32,000 nucleotides of DNA from an uncultured bacterium (GTDB lineage Bacteria; GCA-001730085): NCBI GenBank assembly GCA_964565945.1, contig CAZMGY010000024.1:1-32000 (forward strand), in the 5' to 3' direction. The translations under genes and the position numbers were made by a program. Each line of letters starts with the position of its first letter. Positions within the stretch are counted from its first letter, which is position 1. This document shows positions 16,692 through 25,547 of this stretch, piece by piece. The notes below the pieces were generated by a model. The model was not told the origin of the DNA and did no database searches. It saw only the letters and a list, made by a program, of their open reading frames with translations.

Positions 16692-17735
16692 ATGTTAACG
16701 AGACCTTTATTCATAAACGCTTGCTTAAATCAAAATGATGACCGTCCGCCTGTGTGGATCATGCGTCAAGCTGGTCGTTATTTGCCTGAATATCGCAAAA
16801 TCCGTAAGCAACATAACTTTATCTCTATGTGCAAAACACCCGAAGTGGCCGTCGAAGTAACCTTGCAACCCATTCAACGCTATCACATGGACGCTGCCAT
16901 TATTTTTTCCGATATCTTGGTAATACCCCAAGCTCTGGGCTGTCCCCTACGTTTCGAAGAAGGTGTTGGCCCTATTTTTGATCAACCTGTGCGCAACACT
17001 CACGACGTGGACAAACTGATTGCCGAAGATGCCGCGCATCGGCTTGACTATGTGTATCAAGCCATCAAGTTAACCAAACAAGAACTTAACAATACTCCCC
17101 TGATTGGTTTTGCCGGAGCCCCTTTCACCGTAGCTGCCTATTTGGTCGAAGGACGTTTGAGCAAAAATCTCCACATGATCAAAAAGATGATGTTTCAAAA
17201 CCCAGATTTGCTTCATAGTCTCATGGATACATTGACCGACGTGACCATTGCTTATTTGAATCAACAAATCGAAGCTGGTGCCGACGCCATTCAAATATTC
17301 GAATCGTGGGCTCATGTCTTGTCATGGGATCATTTTCAGTCATTTTCCTACGATTATATTCGCAAAATCATCCGAGGACTTAAGCGCCCCAATCACGTTC
17401 CAGTTATTGTTTTTGCTCGTGGCAGTAGTTTGTTCGCCCCAGTGCTTTCCGATGTTGGAGCTAATGTACTAGGTCTTGATTGGACTTGCTCTCTCAGCCA
17501 AATGAGAGAGCAACTACCCTCTCGTTTAGCACTGCAAGGTAACTTTGATCCACACCTAATGTACGCTTCACCGCAAACCATTCAAACAACGGTTCAACAC
17601 ACCTTAAACACCATGCAAAACAATCCAGGCTACATTGTTAACCTAGGCCAGGGTCTCTTACCAGACATGAACCCAAAGCACGTTCAAGCCTTTGTCGAAA
17701 CAGTCCAATCTTTTGCGAAAGAGTCCCTCTCATGA
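16692..17735 (+). CDS. hemE: uroporphyrinogen decarboxylase
   Basis: PVWIMRQAGRYLPEY signature, with collinear HemE motifs through to the C-terminus. Confidence 0.95.
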   Translation: MLTRPLFINACLNQNDDRPPVWIMRQAGRYLPEYRKIRKQHNFISMCKTPEVAVEVTLQPIQRYHMDAAIIFSDILVIPQALGCPLRFEEGVGPIFDQPVRNTHDVDKLIAEDAAHRLDYVYQAIKLTKQELNNTPLIGFAGAPFTVAAYLVEGRLSKNLHMIKKMMFQNPDLLHSLMDTLTDVTIAYLNQQIEAGADAIQIFESWAHVLSWDHFQSFSYDYIRKIIRGLKRPNHVPVIVFARGSSLFAPVLSDVGANVLGLDWTCSLSQMREQLPSRLALQGNFDPHLMYASPQTIQTTVQHTLNTMQNNPGYIVNLGQGLLPDMNPKHVQAFVETVQSFAKESLS

Positions 17736-19108
17736 GTACTCCCTCTTTAAGCAAAGAGTTGATTCAACAATACAACGTACAAGGGCCTAGGTACACGAGT
17801 TATCCAACCGTACCTAATTGGTCCGAAGATGTAACTTATCAAGATTACAGTCTAGCCCTTCAAAACATGGGGAAAGACAACCAAGCTATCTCACTTTATA
17901 TTCACATCCCCTACTGTGAAAAACTTTGCACCTTTTGTGGATGCATGGTCAAAATCCGTCCCAATAAACCCTCTGTGGGCGATCATTATTTGGATATCCT
18001 ATTCAAAGAGCTTGACCTTATTGATCAAAACGTTCAGAAAAAAAAAGATGTGTTTCAATTCCATATTGGAGGAGGCACGCCCAATTTTTTAAGCATCGAC
18101 CAAATGCAACGCTTATGGGATCGTCTAGCTCAAAGCTTTAATATCGACGCCGATGGAGAAATTGCAATCGAAATTGATCCACGCACCGTTTCACACGAGC
18201 AACTTAAGCACTACCGCAAGTTGGGCTTCAATCGTATTTCGATGGGAATTCAAGACTTTGAGCTCAAGGTTCAAGAAGCCATTAATCGCATTCAACCTTT
18301 CAACTTAGTCCAAAGTATCTTTGCCACCTGCCGCGAACTTGATTACGAATCAATCAACTTTGATCTTATTTACGGCCTGCCCTTTCAAACCCAAAAAACA
18401 TTTCTCAATACCGTTGAACAAGTTAATCAATTGCGCCCAGATCGGATTGCGCTTTACAGCTTTGCGCATGTCCCTTGGCTTAAAAAACACCAAAAACTAA
18501 TTGATCTGGCATCACTTCCCAAGCCAGAAGATAAGCTCGACATTTTTCTTAAGACCCGCCAGTTTTTCCTAGAGCACGATTACGATGCTATTGCTATGGA
18601 TCATTTCGCTCTCAAAAGCGATGCTATGGCTCAAGCATTTCATCAAGGGGCGCTATATCGCAACTTTATGGGCTACACCCTAAGGTACACGCAAGATTTT
18701 ATTGGCCTGGGTCTTTCCTCGATTGGCTTTGTGCAAAATACCTTTGTCCAAAATCATAAAAACCTTAACCACTATCAATCCGCTCTCGAAAAAGGGTTCC
18801 TCGCTACCGAACGCGGCAAAGTTTTGCATCAAGATGATCAAATACGCCTATGGATCATCAATGCCTTTATGTGTCAGTTTTCGCTCAACACACAAACATT
18901 TGAACAAATATTCGGTCTATCTTTTGGCGACTATTTTCAAGACGAACAAGCCCATATTCAAAACTGTCTCAAAGAAGGCCTCCTTACACAAAACGGCTAC
19001 ATTTACCAAGCCACGGAACTCGGCAAACTCTTTATTCGAAACATCTGTATGGGATTTGATGCCTATTTCAAGCCATCCAAAGAACAACGATTTTCACAAA
19101 CCATTTAA
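17732..19108 (+). CDS. hemN: oxygen-independent coproporphyrinogen III oxidase (radical SAM)
   Basis: YIHIPYCEKLCTFCGC CxxxCxxC motif, GGGTPN, and RYTSYPT at the N-terminus. Overlaps hemE as ATGA. Confidence 0.9.
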   Translation: MSTPSLSKELIQQYNVQGPRYTSYPTVPNWSEDVTYQDYSLALQNMGKDNQAISLYIHIPYCEKLCTFCGCMVKIRPNKPSVGDHYLDILFKELDLIDQNVQKKKDVFQFHIGGGTPNFLSIDQMQRLWDRLAQSFNIDADGEIAIEIDPRTVSHEQLKHYRKLGFNRISMGIQDFELKVQEAINRIQPFNLVQSIFATCRELDYESINFDLIYGLPFQTQKTFLNTVEQVNQLRPDRIALYSFAHVPWLKKHQKLIDLASLPKPEDKLDIFLKTRQFFLEHDYDAIAMDHFALKSDAMAQAFHQGALYRNFMGYTLRYTQDFIGLGLSSIGFVQNTFVQNHKNLNHYQSALEKGFLATERGKVLHQDDQIRLWIINAFMCQFSLNTQTFEQIFGLSFGDYFQDEQAHIQNCLKEGLLTQNGYIYQATELGKLFIRNICMGFDAYFKPSKEQRFSQTI

Positions 19109-20229
19109 TGTATTTTTTTGGTCAATTGACGCGACACCATATCTTGAAAAGCTACAAAGACTTCTTCAATAGTAATATCCTTAATGCAGGCAAACTTGTT
19201 TTGACACATCTCTGCTAAACAGTCCGCCCCACTGCAAGGCAAGTTTTTGTCCACCACACGGTGAATCGATTCTCGTGGTCCCCAACGAACGAGGTTAGAA
19301 GGACCGTTCACCAGTACTGTCGGAGTTGCCAGCATAACTGCAAGATGCATTGTTCCCGTGTTGTTACTCACAAAAGCATCACAACGTTTTAGCAAATAAA
19401 CCAATTGCTTTAAATCAGTCTGCCCCATAAGGGAAACCACCTGGTCAGGAGCCTTATGCTCCACTTTCTCCCAAAAAACACTCTCTTCTTTAGTTCCAGT
19501 CAACACAATGCGACAGTCATACTCCTGAGCAATGCGAGACATCAACTGAATGTATTTTTCAATATCCCAGGCACGGAAAGGCCGTAAGGCAGAGCATGAA
19601 GTATGCAAACCAATCACAAAATCATCTTTCGCAATTCCATAGTTATCCTCCAACCAATCATCCATCGCTCTCTTTTCCTGATCAGACAACGACCACAGAA
19701 CATAGTTCAAAGATTTAACCTCGAGACTCTTTTTAATAAGAAATTTAGGCACATCTTTTTCATACATTTGTGTCGGATCAACGTCATAAGCTTCATGATA
19801 CAAAAATCCATGAATCCCAACATCAAACCCTATTCTCCAAGGAATCCTAAGCAAAAGCATCATTAATGCCATCATCAAAGTGTCGCCATAAGACAAATCA
19901 ATTGAAAGATCAAAACGTTTCCGCTTTAGCATCATCCACAAAGCCAACTTGTCTTTCCGCGACATCGATGGATCATAAGCCAAACATTCCACCACACCAG
20001 GTATCATTTGAAGCAAAGGAACATAAGGAGGTTTCACCAAAAGCGTCACTTTCGCCTTAGGGAAATGTTCAATCAGCGAATAAATCGCCTCTAAACTTAG
20101 AGCCACATCTCCTAATCGGTCACAGCGAATCGCTAAAATATGATTGGGAACAGTCGGCTTCTTGCCTGGAAATACAATCCTTTTAGCCAAAACAAAACGT
20201 TTTAATAACAAAAAAACTTTTTTTTTCAT
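19105..20229 (-). CDS. glycosyltransferase family 9 (LPS heptosyltransferase-like)
   Basis: N-terminal ILAIRCDRLGDV and C-terminal FVSNNTGTMHLA GT9 hallmarks. The start overlaps the murE stop (ATGA). Confidence 0.8.
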   Translation of the reverse strand: MKKKVFLLLKRFVLAKRIVFPGKKPTVPNHILAIRCDRLGDVALSLEAIYSLIEHFPKAKVTLLVKPPYVPLLQMIPGVVECLAYDPSMSRKDKLALWMMLKRKRFDLSIDLSYGDTLMMALMMLLLRIPWRIGFDVGIHGFLYHEAYDVDPTQMYEKDVPKFLIKKSLEVKSLNYVLWSLSDQEKRAMDDWLEDNYGIAKDDFVIGLHTSCSALRPFRAWDIEKYIQLMSRIAQEYDCRIVLTGTKEESVFWEKVEHKAPDQVVSLMGQTDLKQLVYLLKRCDAFVSNNTGTMHLAVMLATPTVLVNGPSNLVRWGPRESIHRVVDKNLPCSGADCLAEMCQNKFACIKDITIEEVFVAFQDMVSRQLTKKIH

Positions 20230-21650
20230 AAGGTAGTTATTGTAACATTAGACAGGTTAGAAAGCACCTTTTGATCACAATATTCATATTTAACCCCACA
20301 TATATCTTGGTAACTTTCGTGCCCCTTGCCCGCAATCAGCACCACATCACCCTCGGATGCCTGCTGAAGAGCCACAATAATTGCTTGCTCTCTTGACTCA
20401 ACTTCTAAACAATGACTTGCCACAGCAATCCCTGCGGCAATCTGTTGCATAATAATGTGTGAATTTTCATAGCGTGGATTATCCGAAGTAAGCACAATTG
20501 AATCAGCCCAGTCCGAAGCCACCTTTCCCATTAAAGGACGCTTATCCTTATCACGATCTCCTCCACAGCCAAACACCACCCATAGATGCTTAGCATACTC
20601 TTGCTTAAGCGTTTTAAGAACATTGGCTAAGGCATCTGGTGTATGCGCATAATCAATAAAAACAAGTTTCCCATCAAATTCATAGGACTCCAAGCGGCCC
20701 GGTATCATTACCTTATCCTGCAAAGCCTTCTGCATGCGAGAAACGTCCCACTGCAACACATACCCCACAGCTAACGACGCCAACACATTAAGATCGTTAT
20801 ACGACCCAACTAAACCATGATTGACTTCGTAAGGCATATCATTATGCCAAAACACCTGCAAACGTCCTTGAGAATTTTTAACGCCCCTAAGGTCACATCC
20901 CTCCGACCCACCATAACGAATCACCTGAGCCCGACAATTTTTAACCATTTCCTCGGCATAAGGATCATCGGCATAAATCACCGCATAAGTATCCCTTTCA
21001 AGCTCGTCAAACAATCGTTTCTTAGCTTTAAGATAATCCTCCATTGTGGAATGATAATCCAAATGATCATGGGTTAAATTGGTGAAAACGGCAACTTTCA
21101 CAGGTAAAGAATGCAAGCGACCTTGCTGCAAAGCATGCGAAGAGGCTTCCATCACACAAACATCCGCACCCTGATCCACTAATTGACGCCCCCATCGGTA
21201 ACTATCTGGAGGTGCTGGTGTTGTATGTTGCTCTTTGGCCAAAATGGTCTCTCCGATGCGGTAATTAATCGTACCCAACACACCCACTGTCTTGGAACAA
21301 GCCTGCCCCAAAGCTTCTAAAAGATAAGTGACTGAGGTTTTACCATTCGTCCCTGTGATCGCAATATTGACCATCGCGGACCATGGGTCACCATAAACCC
21401 AACTGCAAATCGCATGCAAATCAGATTCTATCGTATCGGAAACCCTAACAGGCACAGTCGAAGACAGAAGACGGTGACTCAGCACCGCAACTGCTCCTCG
21501 CTCCACCGCCATATCGATATAATCGGCTCCATCGACACACGTTCCAGACAAAGCTACAAATAGATCCCCAGGCTGAACAAGGCGTGAATCAACGCACACA
21601 CGTGAGCAGGTGAGCAGTAACTCTTTCAGTTGTTCCACAATTTCAGACAC
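20226..21650 (-). CDS. murE: UDP-N-acetylmuramoyl-L-alanyl-D-glutamate--2,6-diaminopimelate ligase
   Basis: ITGTNGKTS P-loop, a DNPR motif (LTSDNPRYE) and GKGHE. GTG start with GGAGG 5 nt upstream. Confidence 0.9.
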   Translation of the reverse strand: MSEIVEQLKELLLTCSRVCVDSRLVQPGDLFVALSGTCVDGADYIDMAVERGAVAVLSHRLLSSTVPVRVSDTIESDLHAICSWVYGDPWSAMVNIAITGTNGKTSVTYLLEALGQACSKTVGVLGTINYRIGETILAKEQHTTPAPPDSYRWGRQLVDQGADVCVMEASSHALQQGRLHSLPVKVAVFTNLTHDHLDYHSTMEDYLKAKKRLFDELERDTYAVIYADDPYAEEMVKNCRAQVIRYGGSEGCDLRGVKNSQGRLQVFWHNDMPYEVNHGLVGSYNDLNVLASLAVGYVLQWDVSRMQKALQDKVMIPGRLESYEFDGKLVFIDYAHTPDALANVLKTLKQEYAKHLWVVFGCGGDRDKDKRPLMGKVASDWADSIVLTSDNPRYENSHIIMQQIAAGIAVASHCLEVESREQAIIVALQQASEGDVVLIAGKGHESYQDICGVKYEYCDQKVLSNLSNVTITTL

Positions 21651-21665
21651 ACAAACCTCCGCACA

Positions 21666-23348
21666 CTATTGTACAACATAGCTTTTAAGTTCTTCTCCAA
21701 TGCGCTGAAAAATAGGCGCTGCTATCACACCCCCATAGCGATAAACATAGGGCGGTTCGTCCACAAAAACCCCAATGCAATACCTAGGGTTATCAGCAGG
21801 AAAAAACCCAATAAAAGAGCCGACATACTTATTTTTAGAATATCTTTTGGTTTTGGGATCATATTTTTGAGCCGTTCCCGTTTTACCCGCCACACGAATA
21901 CCTTTGATCATTGCACGACGTGCCGTTCCTTGATGTGATACCACAGATTCAAGCATGAGAGATACTTGCTGAGCAACATCTTTGCTAACAACTTTTCGAA
22001 CCACTTCAGACTCATAACGAGCCACCATGACCCCCTTTTTTTTTCTTAACTCCTTCACAATTTTAGGAGCCATCAAATAACCTTTATTAGCAATCACACC
22101 CATCGCATAAACCATCTGAATCGCCGTTGTCCCAATCTCTTGTCCCATTGGCAAAGAAGCTATTGAGGCTTTGGACCAAGAGTCCACAGGTCTCAAAACT
22201 CCTTCCACTTCCCCCAACAAATTAAGTCCCGAACTGCGACCAAAACCAAAAGCTCTCATATAGTCATAGAGCTTTTCCTCACCTAGTTTCTGTGCTATTT
22301 TGGCTGTTCCAATGTTACTCGACTTCTGCATAATCTGATGCACCGTAAGCCATCCGTGAGGCTTATGATCATGCAAAGGTCGCGAACGACCTTTAACCTT
22401 ATAACGACCATTTTCACAAAAAATCTTATCCTCATTTTGAACAAGTCCCTCATTAAGTGCCGCAGCAAAAGTTACAATTTTAAAGGTTGATCCTGGTTCA
22501 AAGGTATCGGCAATCGCACGATTGCGACGGTCATCCGCCTGACTTTTGCTTGCCTGATTCAGATCAAAAGAAGGAATGTTCGCTAAAGACAACAGCTCTC
22601 CTGTTCGGGGATCTATCACAATCACACTGATCGACTTGGGCTTGTATTTCTCATAACACATCGCCATTTCTCTCTCAACAACATACTGAATGCGCTCATC
22701 CAAAGTTAATACCAAGTCATAACCATCCTGAGGAACCCTTGTATGACGTTTAAGCGCCAAGAGTTCTCGTGATTTCCCATCCTTAGTGAAAGCTTTAAAA
22801 CCTTCTTCCCCTTTTAAGTTTTGCTCATAATAAGCTTCTAGACCTTCTAAACCATGGTGATCGGCACCAACAAAACCAATCACATGAGAGGCCATTTTCC
22901 CCTTGGGATACTCTCGCTTTTGTTCACGATCAAAATAGACACCTTTAACATTTTCTTTAAGGAGAATTTTATACAGCTGATCATCCATTCGGCGTTTAAG
23001 ATACACCGCTTTTTTGGAACTATTCAAACGCTTTTGAATCACGGCTAAATCCATACCTAAAATTCGATGCAAATGCTTAGCCACTTGCTCTTTATTTTGC
23101 ACTTCGTGAGGAGCCACTTTTAAAGTGTATTGATAATGACTCATAGCTAAAGGTAAACCATTGCGCTCAAAAATCGAACCCCGCAACGGTTTAAGCTTCT
23201 GGAAAGCCTCGTGCTGCACTTTAGCATAATCAATTAAGTCTTTTCTGATCACTTGCAAATAAAACAAACGTCCAAGCAAGAGAACAAACAGAAATGCCAG
23301 AAAAAGAACTACATGTTTCGAACGAGAGATATAAGCCTTTTTCACCAC
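21666..23348 (-). CDS. ftsI: division-type class B penicillin-binding protein (transpeptidase)
   Basis: N-terminal TM anchor, then STFK, SSN and KTGT active-site motifs in the canonical order. Confidence 0.9.
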   Translation of the reverse strand: MVKKAYISRSKHVVLFLAFLFVLLLGRLFYLQVIRKDLIDYAKVQHEAFQKLKPLRGSIFERNGLPLAMSHYQYTLKVAPHEVQNKEQVAKHLHRILGMDLAVIQKRLNSSKKAVYLKRRMDDQLYKILLKENVKGVYFDREQKREYPKGKMASHVIGFVGADHHGLEGLEAYYEQNLKGEEGFKAFTKDGKSRELLALKRHTRVPQDGYDLVLTLDERIQYVVEREMAMCYEKYKPKSISVIVIDPRTGELLSLANIPSFDLNQASKSQADDRRNRAIADTFEPGSTFKIVTFAAALNEGLVQNEDKIFCENGRYKVKGRSRPLHDHKPHGWLTVHQIMQKSSNIGTAKIAQKLGEEKLYDYMRAFGFGRSSGLNLLGEVEGVLRPVDSWSKASIASLPMGQEIGTTAIQMVYAMGVIANKGYLMAPKIVKELRKKKGVMVARYESEVVRKVVSKDVAQQVSLMLESVVSHQGTARRAMIKGIRVAGKTGTAQKYDPKTKRYSKNKYVGSFIGFFPADNPRYCIGVFVDEPPYVYRYGGVIAAPIFQRIGEELKSYVVQ

Positions 23349-23376
23349 ACAACCTATGACAAGCTAAAAAATTTAT

Positions 23377-23763
23377 TTACGCACTGCGCCCAGATCTTTG
23401 ATCGCCATGACCTGCATCCGCAAATGTCATAAAGCTAGGCATAGGTGGTATTGGAACATCTATTCCTTGAGATTGCAAATGCTCGGCTAGTTCGTGCTTT
23501 ACCTGAGATTCTACCTTATAAACTACTTTGGTTTGTCGACCACGAATCAAGCCTAATTCATTACAAGATATGGTTTCGATACGCTCCAAGGAACTCAATG
23601 AAGCTTCTTTGAGTTGGAGGGCCCTGACCTGAAAGTGCAAATCTTTAAGCGTTTCTTCTTTTTGTGTTAAAACACGCCCCATTTGAATCCACTGAACATG
23701 TTGCCAAACACAACAAAAAATACAAACAAAAGAAACCCCTAAAACCATAAAAAAGCGATGCAT
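23377..23763 (-). CDS. ftsL: FtsL-like division protein (TM helix plus coiled coil)
   Basis: Position between rsmH and ftsI, a single TM helix, and a heptad-like segment. The start is ambiguous: ATG at 23763, or TTG at 23775 overlapping the rsmH stop. Confidence 0.6.
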   Translation of the reverse strand: MHRFFMVLGVSFVCIFCCVWQHVQWIQMGRVLTQKEETLKDLHFQVRALQLKEASLSSLERIETISCNELGLIRGRQTKVVYKVESQVKHELAEHLQSQGIDVPIPPMPSFMTFADAGHGDQRSGRSA

Positions 23764-23768
23764 ATTCT

Positions 23769-24662
23769 TTAACAATCCTCTAATTCCAAGCGTTCACAAA
23801 CTCTCATCTTGGCACTGCGTGATCGTTTGTTATGCTTAATTTCTTCAACACTAGGAACGATTGGTTTTTTGGTTAACAACTGACACAAACCTTGTTTAGA
23901 CCATTCACGAAACTGAACTTTAACTCGACGATCCTCGAGAGAATGATACGAAATTACACACAGCCGTCCCCTGGGTTTAAGACAAAACAGGCTATCTGTT
24001 AAAAAACGATCCAGATGATCCAGTTCTTGATTAACAGCAATTCGCAAAGCTTGAAAGGTGCGGGTTGCTGGATGAATTTTGCCACGACGCCCATAGGCCC
24101 TCACAACAAGATCGGCCAACTCTGTCGTGGTCTCAATAGGGTGACGACGGCGCGTCTCCACCACCAATTTTGCGATGCGCCGCGAACGACGTTCATCACC
24201 ATACTGGTAAATGGTATTTGCAAGTTCTTGCTCACTCAACTGACTGACCAAATTAGCTGCCGAAGGGCCTTCGCTACGATTCATTCGCATATCTAGAGCC
24301 GCATCCTTCATAAAGCTAAATCCCCGCTCACCCTCATCCAATTGCAGGGACGAAACACCTAAATCAACCAAAATTCCATCCACAGCGGAAATATTCATCT
24401 GATCCAAAACGCTCTTTATCTCACTGTAGTTTCCCCAAACACAATGAGAGGTTCCCTCAACCGCACGCAATTGCTCTTTGGCAATCGCTAAAGCCTCTTG
24501 GTCCCGATCAATACCAATCACACAACCATCGGGACCAGTCTTCTTTAAAATAGCTTGGGCATGTCCAGCACATCCCACAGTGCCGTCCACAAAAACGCCC
24601 CCTGATTGAACCGCTAAGGCATCTAACACTTCGTCGAACAACACAGGTATATGTTTTTGCAT
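23769..24662 (-). CDS. rsmH: 16S rRNA (cytosine1402-N4)-methyltransferase
   Basis: HIPVLFDEVL, DGTVGCAGH, DLGVSS, SYHSLEDR. I preferred the ATG at 24662 over the GTG at 24671. Confidence 0.9.
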   Translation of the reverse strand: MQKHIPVLFDEVLDALAVQSGGVFVDGTVGCAGHAQAILKKTGPDGCVIGIDRDQEALAIAKEQLRAVEGTSHCVWGNYSEIKSVLDQMNISAVDGILVDLGVSSLQLDEGERGFSFMKDAALDMRMNRSEGPSAANLVSQLSEQELANTIYQYGDERRSRRIAKLVVETRRRHPIETTTELADLVVRAYGRRGKIHPATRTFQALRIAVNQELDHLDRFLTDSLFCLKPRGRLCVISYHSLEDRRVKVQFREWSKQGLCQLLTKKPIVPSVEEIKHNKRSRSAKMRVCERLELEDC

Positions 24663-24786
24663 AACACGCACTTAACCCAAGAATAAATCTTGTCTAACTT
24701 ATTCAGCGGGTTTTCCCAACACACATGAGAGTCTAAGCTCTTTAATCCAAATGACTCATTTGGACACACGTGTCATGACCCAGCTA

Positions 24787-25245
24787 TTAACCCTGCAGAA
24801 GATCCCCCTCTTCTGCCCCCAAAGATTCCGCAAGCAACTCAAACGAATCGTGATTATTTGCATTAAATTCTTGCCATATCTGGCGATCCCAAATTTCGAT
24901 TTTATTGTCCAAACCAATCACCGTGATATCTCGATCCATTTTAGCTTCGTCTTTAAACTTATCGGGAATCAAAATACGTCCTTGTCGATCACAAACAACT
25001 TCCATTGTTCGCGAATACAATAAACGCTGAAACTTACGAACATCCCCTTTGAAGTAAGAATTATTTTTGAGACCGTTAAGTTCATCTTGCCACCCATCGG
25101 GTGTATACAAAGCTAAACAGGTGTCGAAACCACGAGTCATGAAAAATTTGGGAAGACTATCGGGATCCAAAGCTTCACGAAAGCGGGATGGCAATATAAA
25201 TCTATTCTTACCATCTAAAGAGTGTTTATACTCTCCAAAAAACAT
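24787..25245 (-). CDS. mraZ: transcriptional regulator MraZ
   Basis: MFFGEYKHSLDGKNRFILP and a second DRQGRILIP SpoVT/AbrB-like repeat. Confidence 0.95.
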   Translation of the reverse strand: MFFGEYKHSLDGKNRFILPSRFREALDPDSLPKFFMTRGFDTCLALYTPDGWQDELNGLKNNSYFKGDVRKFQRLLYSRTMEVVCDRQGRILIPDKFKDEAKMDRDITVIGLDNKIEIWDRQIWQEFNANNHDSFELLAESLGAEEGDLLQG

Positions 25246-25248
25246 TTA

Positions 25249-25288
25249 TTACTTTCCTCCACTTTGCCCCACTTTGCTCTACTTAAGA
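25249..25288 (-). promoter_or_regulatory. putative MraZ operator: AAAGT(G/A) boxes at 10-bp phasing in the mraZ leader
   Basis: The plus strand has ACTTT at 25251, 25261 and 25271 and ACTTA at 25281. This includes the tandem 10-mers CCACTTTGCC and CCACTTTGCT (25259-25278), which read GCAAAGTGG twice on the mraZ strand. Confidence 0.45.
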
Positions 25289-25291
25289 AGT

Positions 25292-25320
25292 ATTATAGAG
25301 GTATCGCTCCATTTATTCAA
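25292..25320 (-). promoter_or_regulatory. sigma70-type promoter of the mraZ/dcw operon
   Basis: On the minus strand: TTGAAT (25315-25320), a 17-nt spacer, then a perfect TATAAT (25292-25297). This predicts a leader of about 40 nt. Confidence 0.5.
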
Positions 25321-25547
25321 GGGTTTATTACAGTTTTTTTCACTTTGTCATCACGGGTGTTTTTTCACACATTTGTCATACTTAGACCTTAATACTTATG
25401 ACCCCACAGCTTCTATTCTTGTCATATTGTGGCTTGACCACGGATCTGGATCGTATAACATAGGTCCGCAGTACCACGTGGGATACACGACAGACAAGCC
25501 ACGGTATGACTTAAATATAAAGTGGAATAACTAAAAAAATAGAAAAA

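Noticed and set aside
25429-25502. 8-bp inverted repeat GTGGCTTG / CAAGCCAC enclosing ~58 nt with internal palindromes, considered as a small RNA or a thiL terminator.
   Set aside because: No U-tract follows it. An 8-bp stem at that distance is not improbable by chance in 300 bp, and I could not match it to any known RNA family.
25380-25510. Possible TPP (THI-box) riboswitch near thiL, suggested by GATCTGGAT at 25443-25451 and a GGGTG further upstream.
   Set aside because: The match is on the plus strand while thiL is on the minus strand, and it lies downstream of thiL. The CUGAGA and other conserved THI-box elements are absent.
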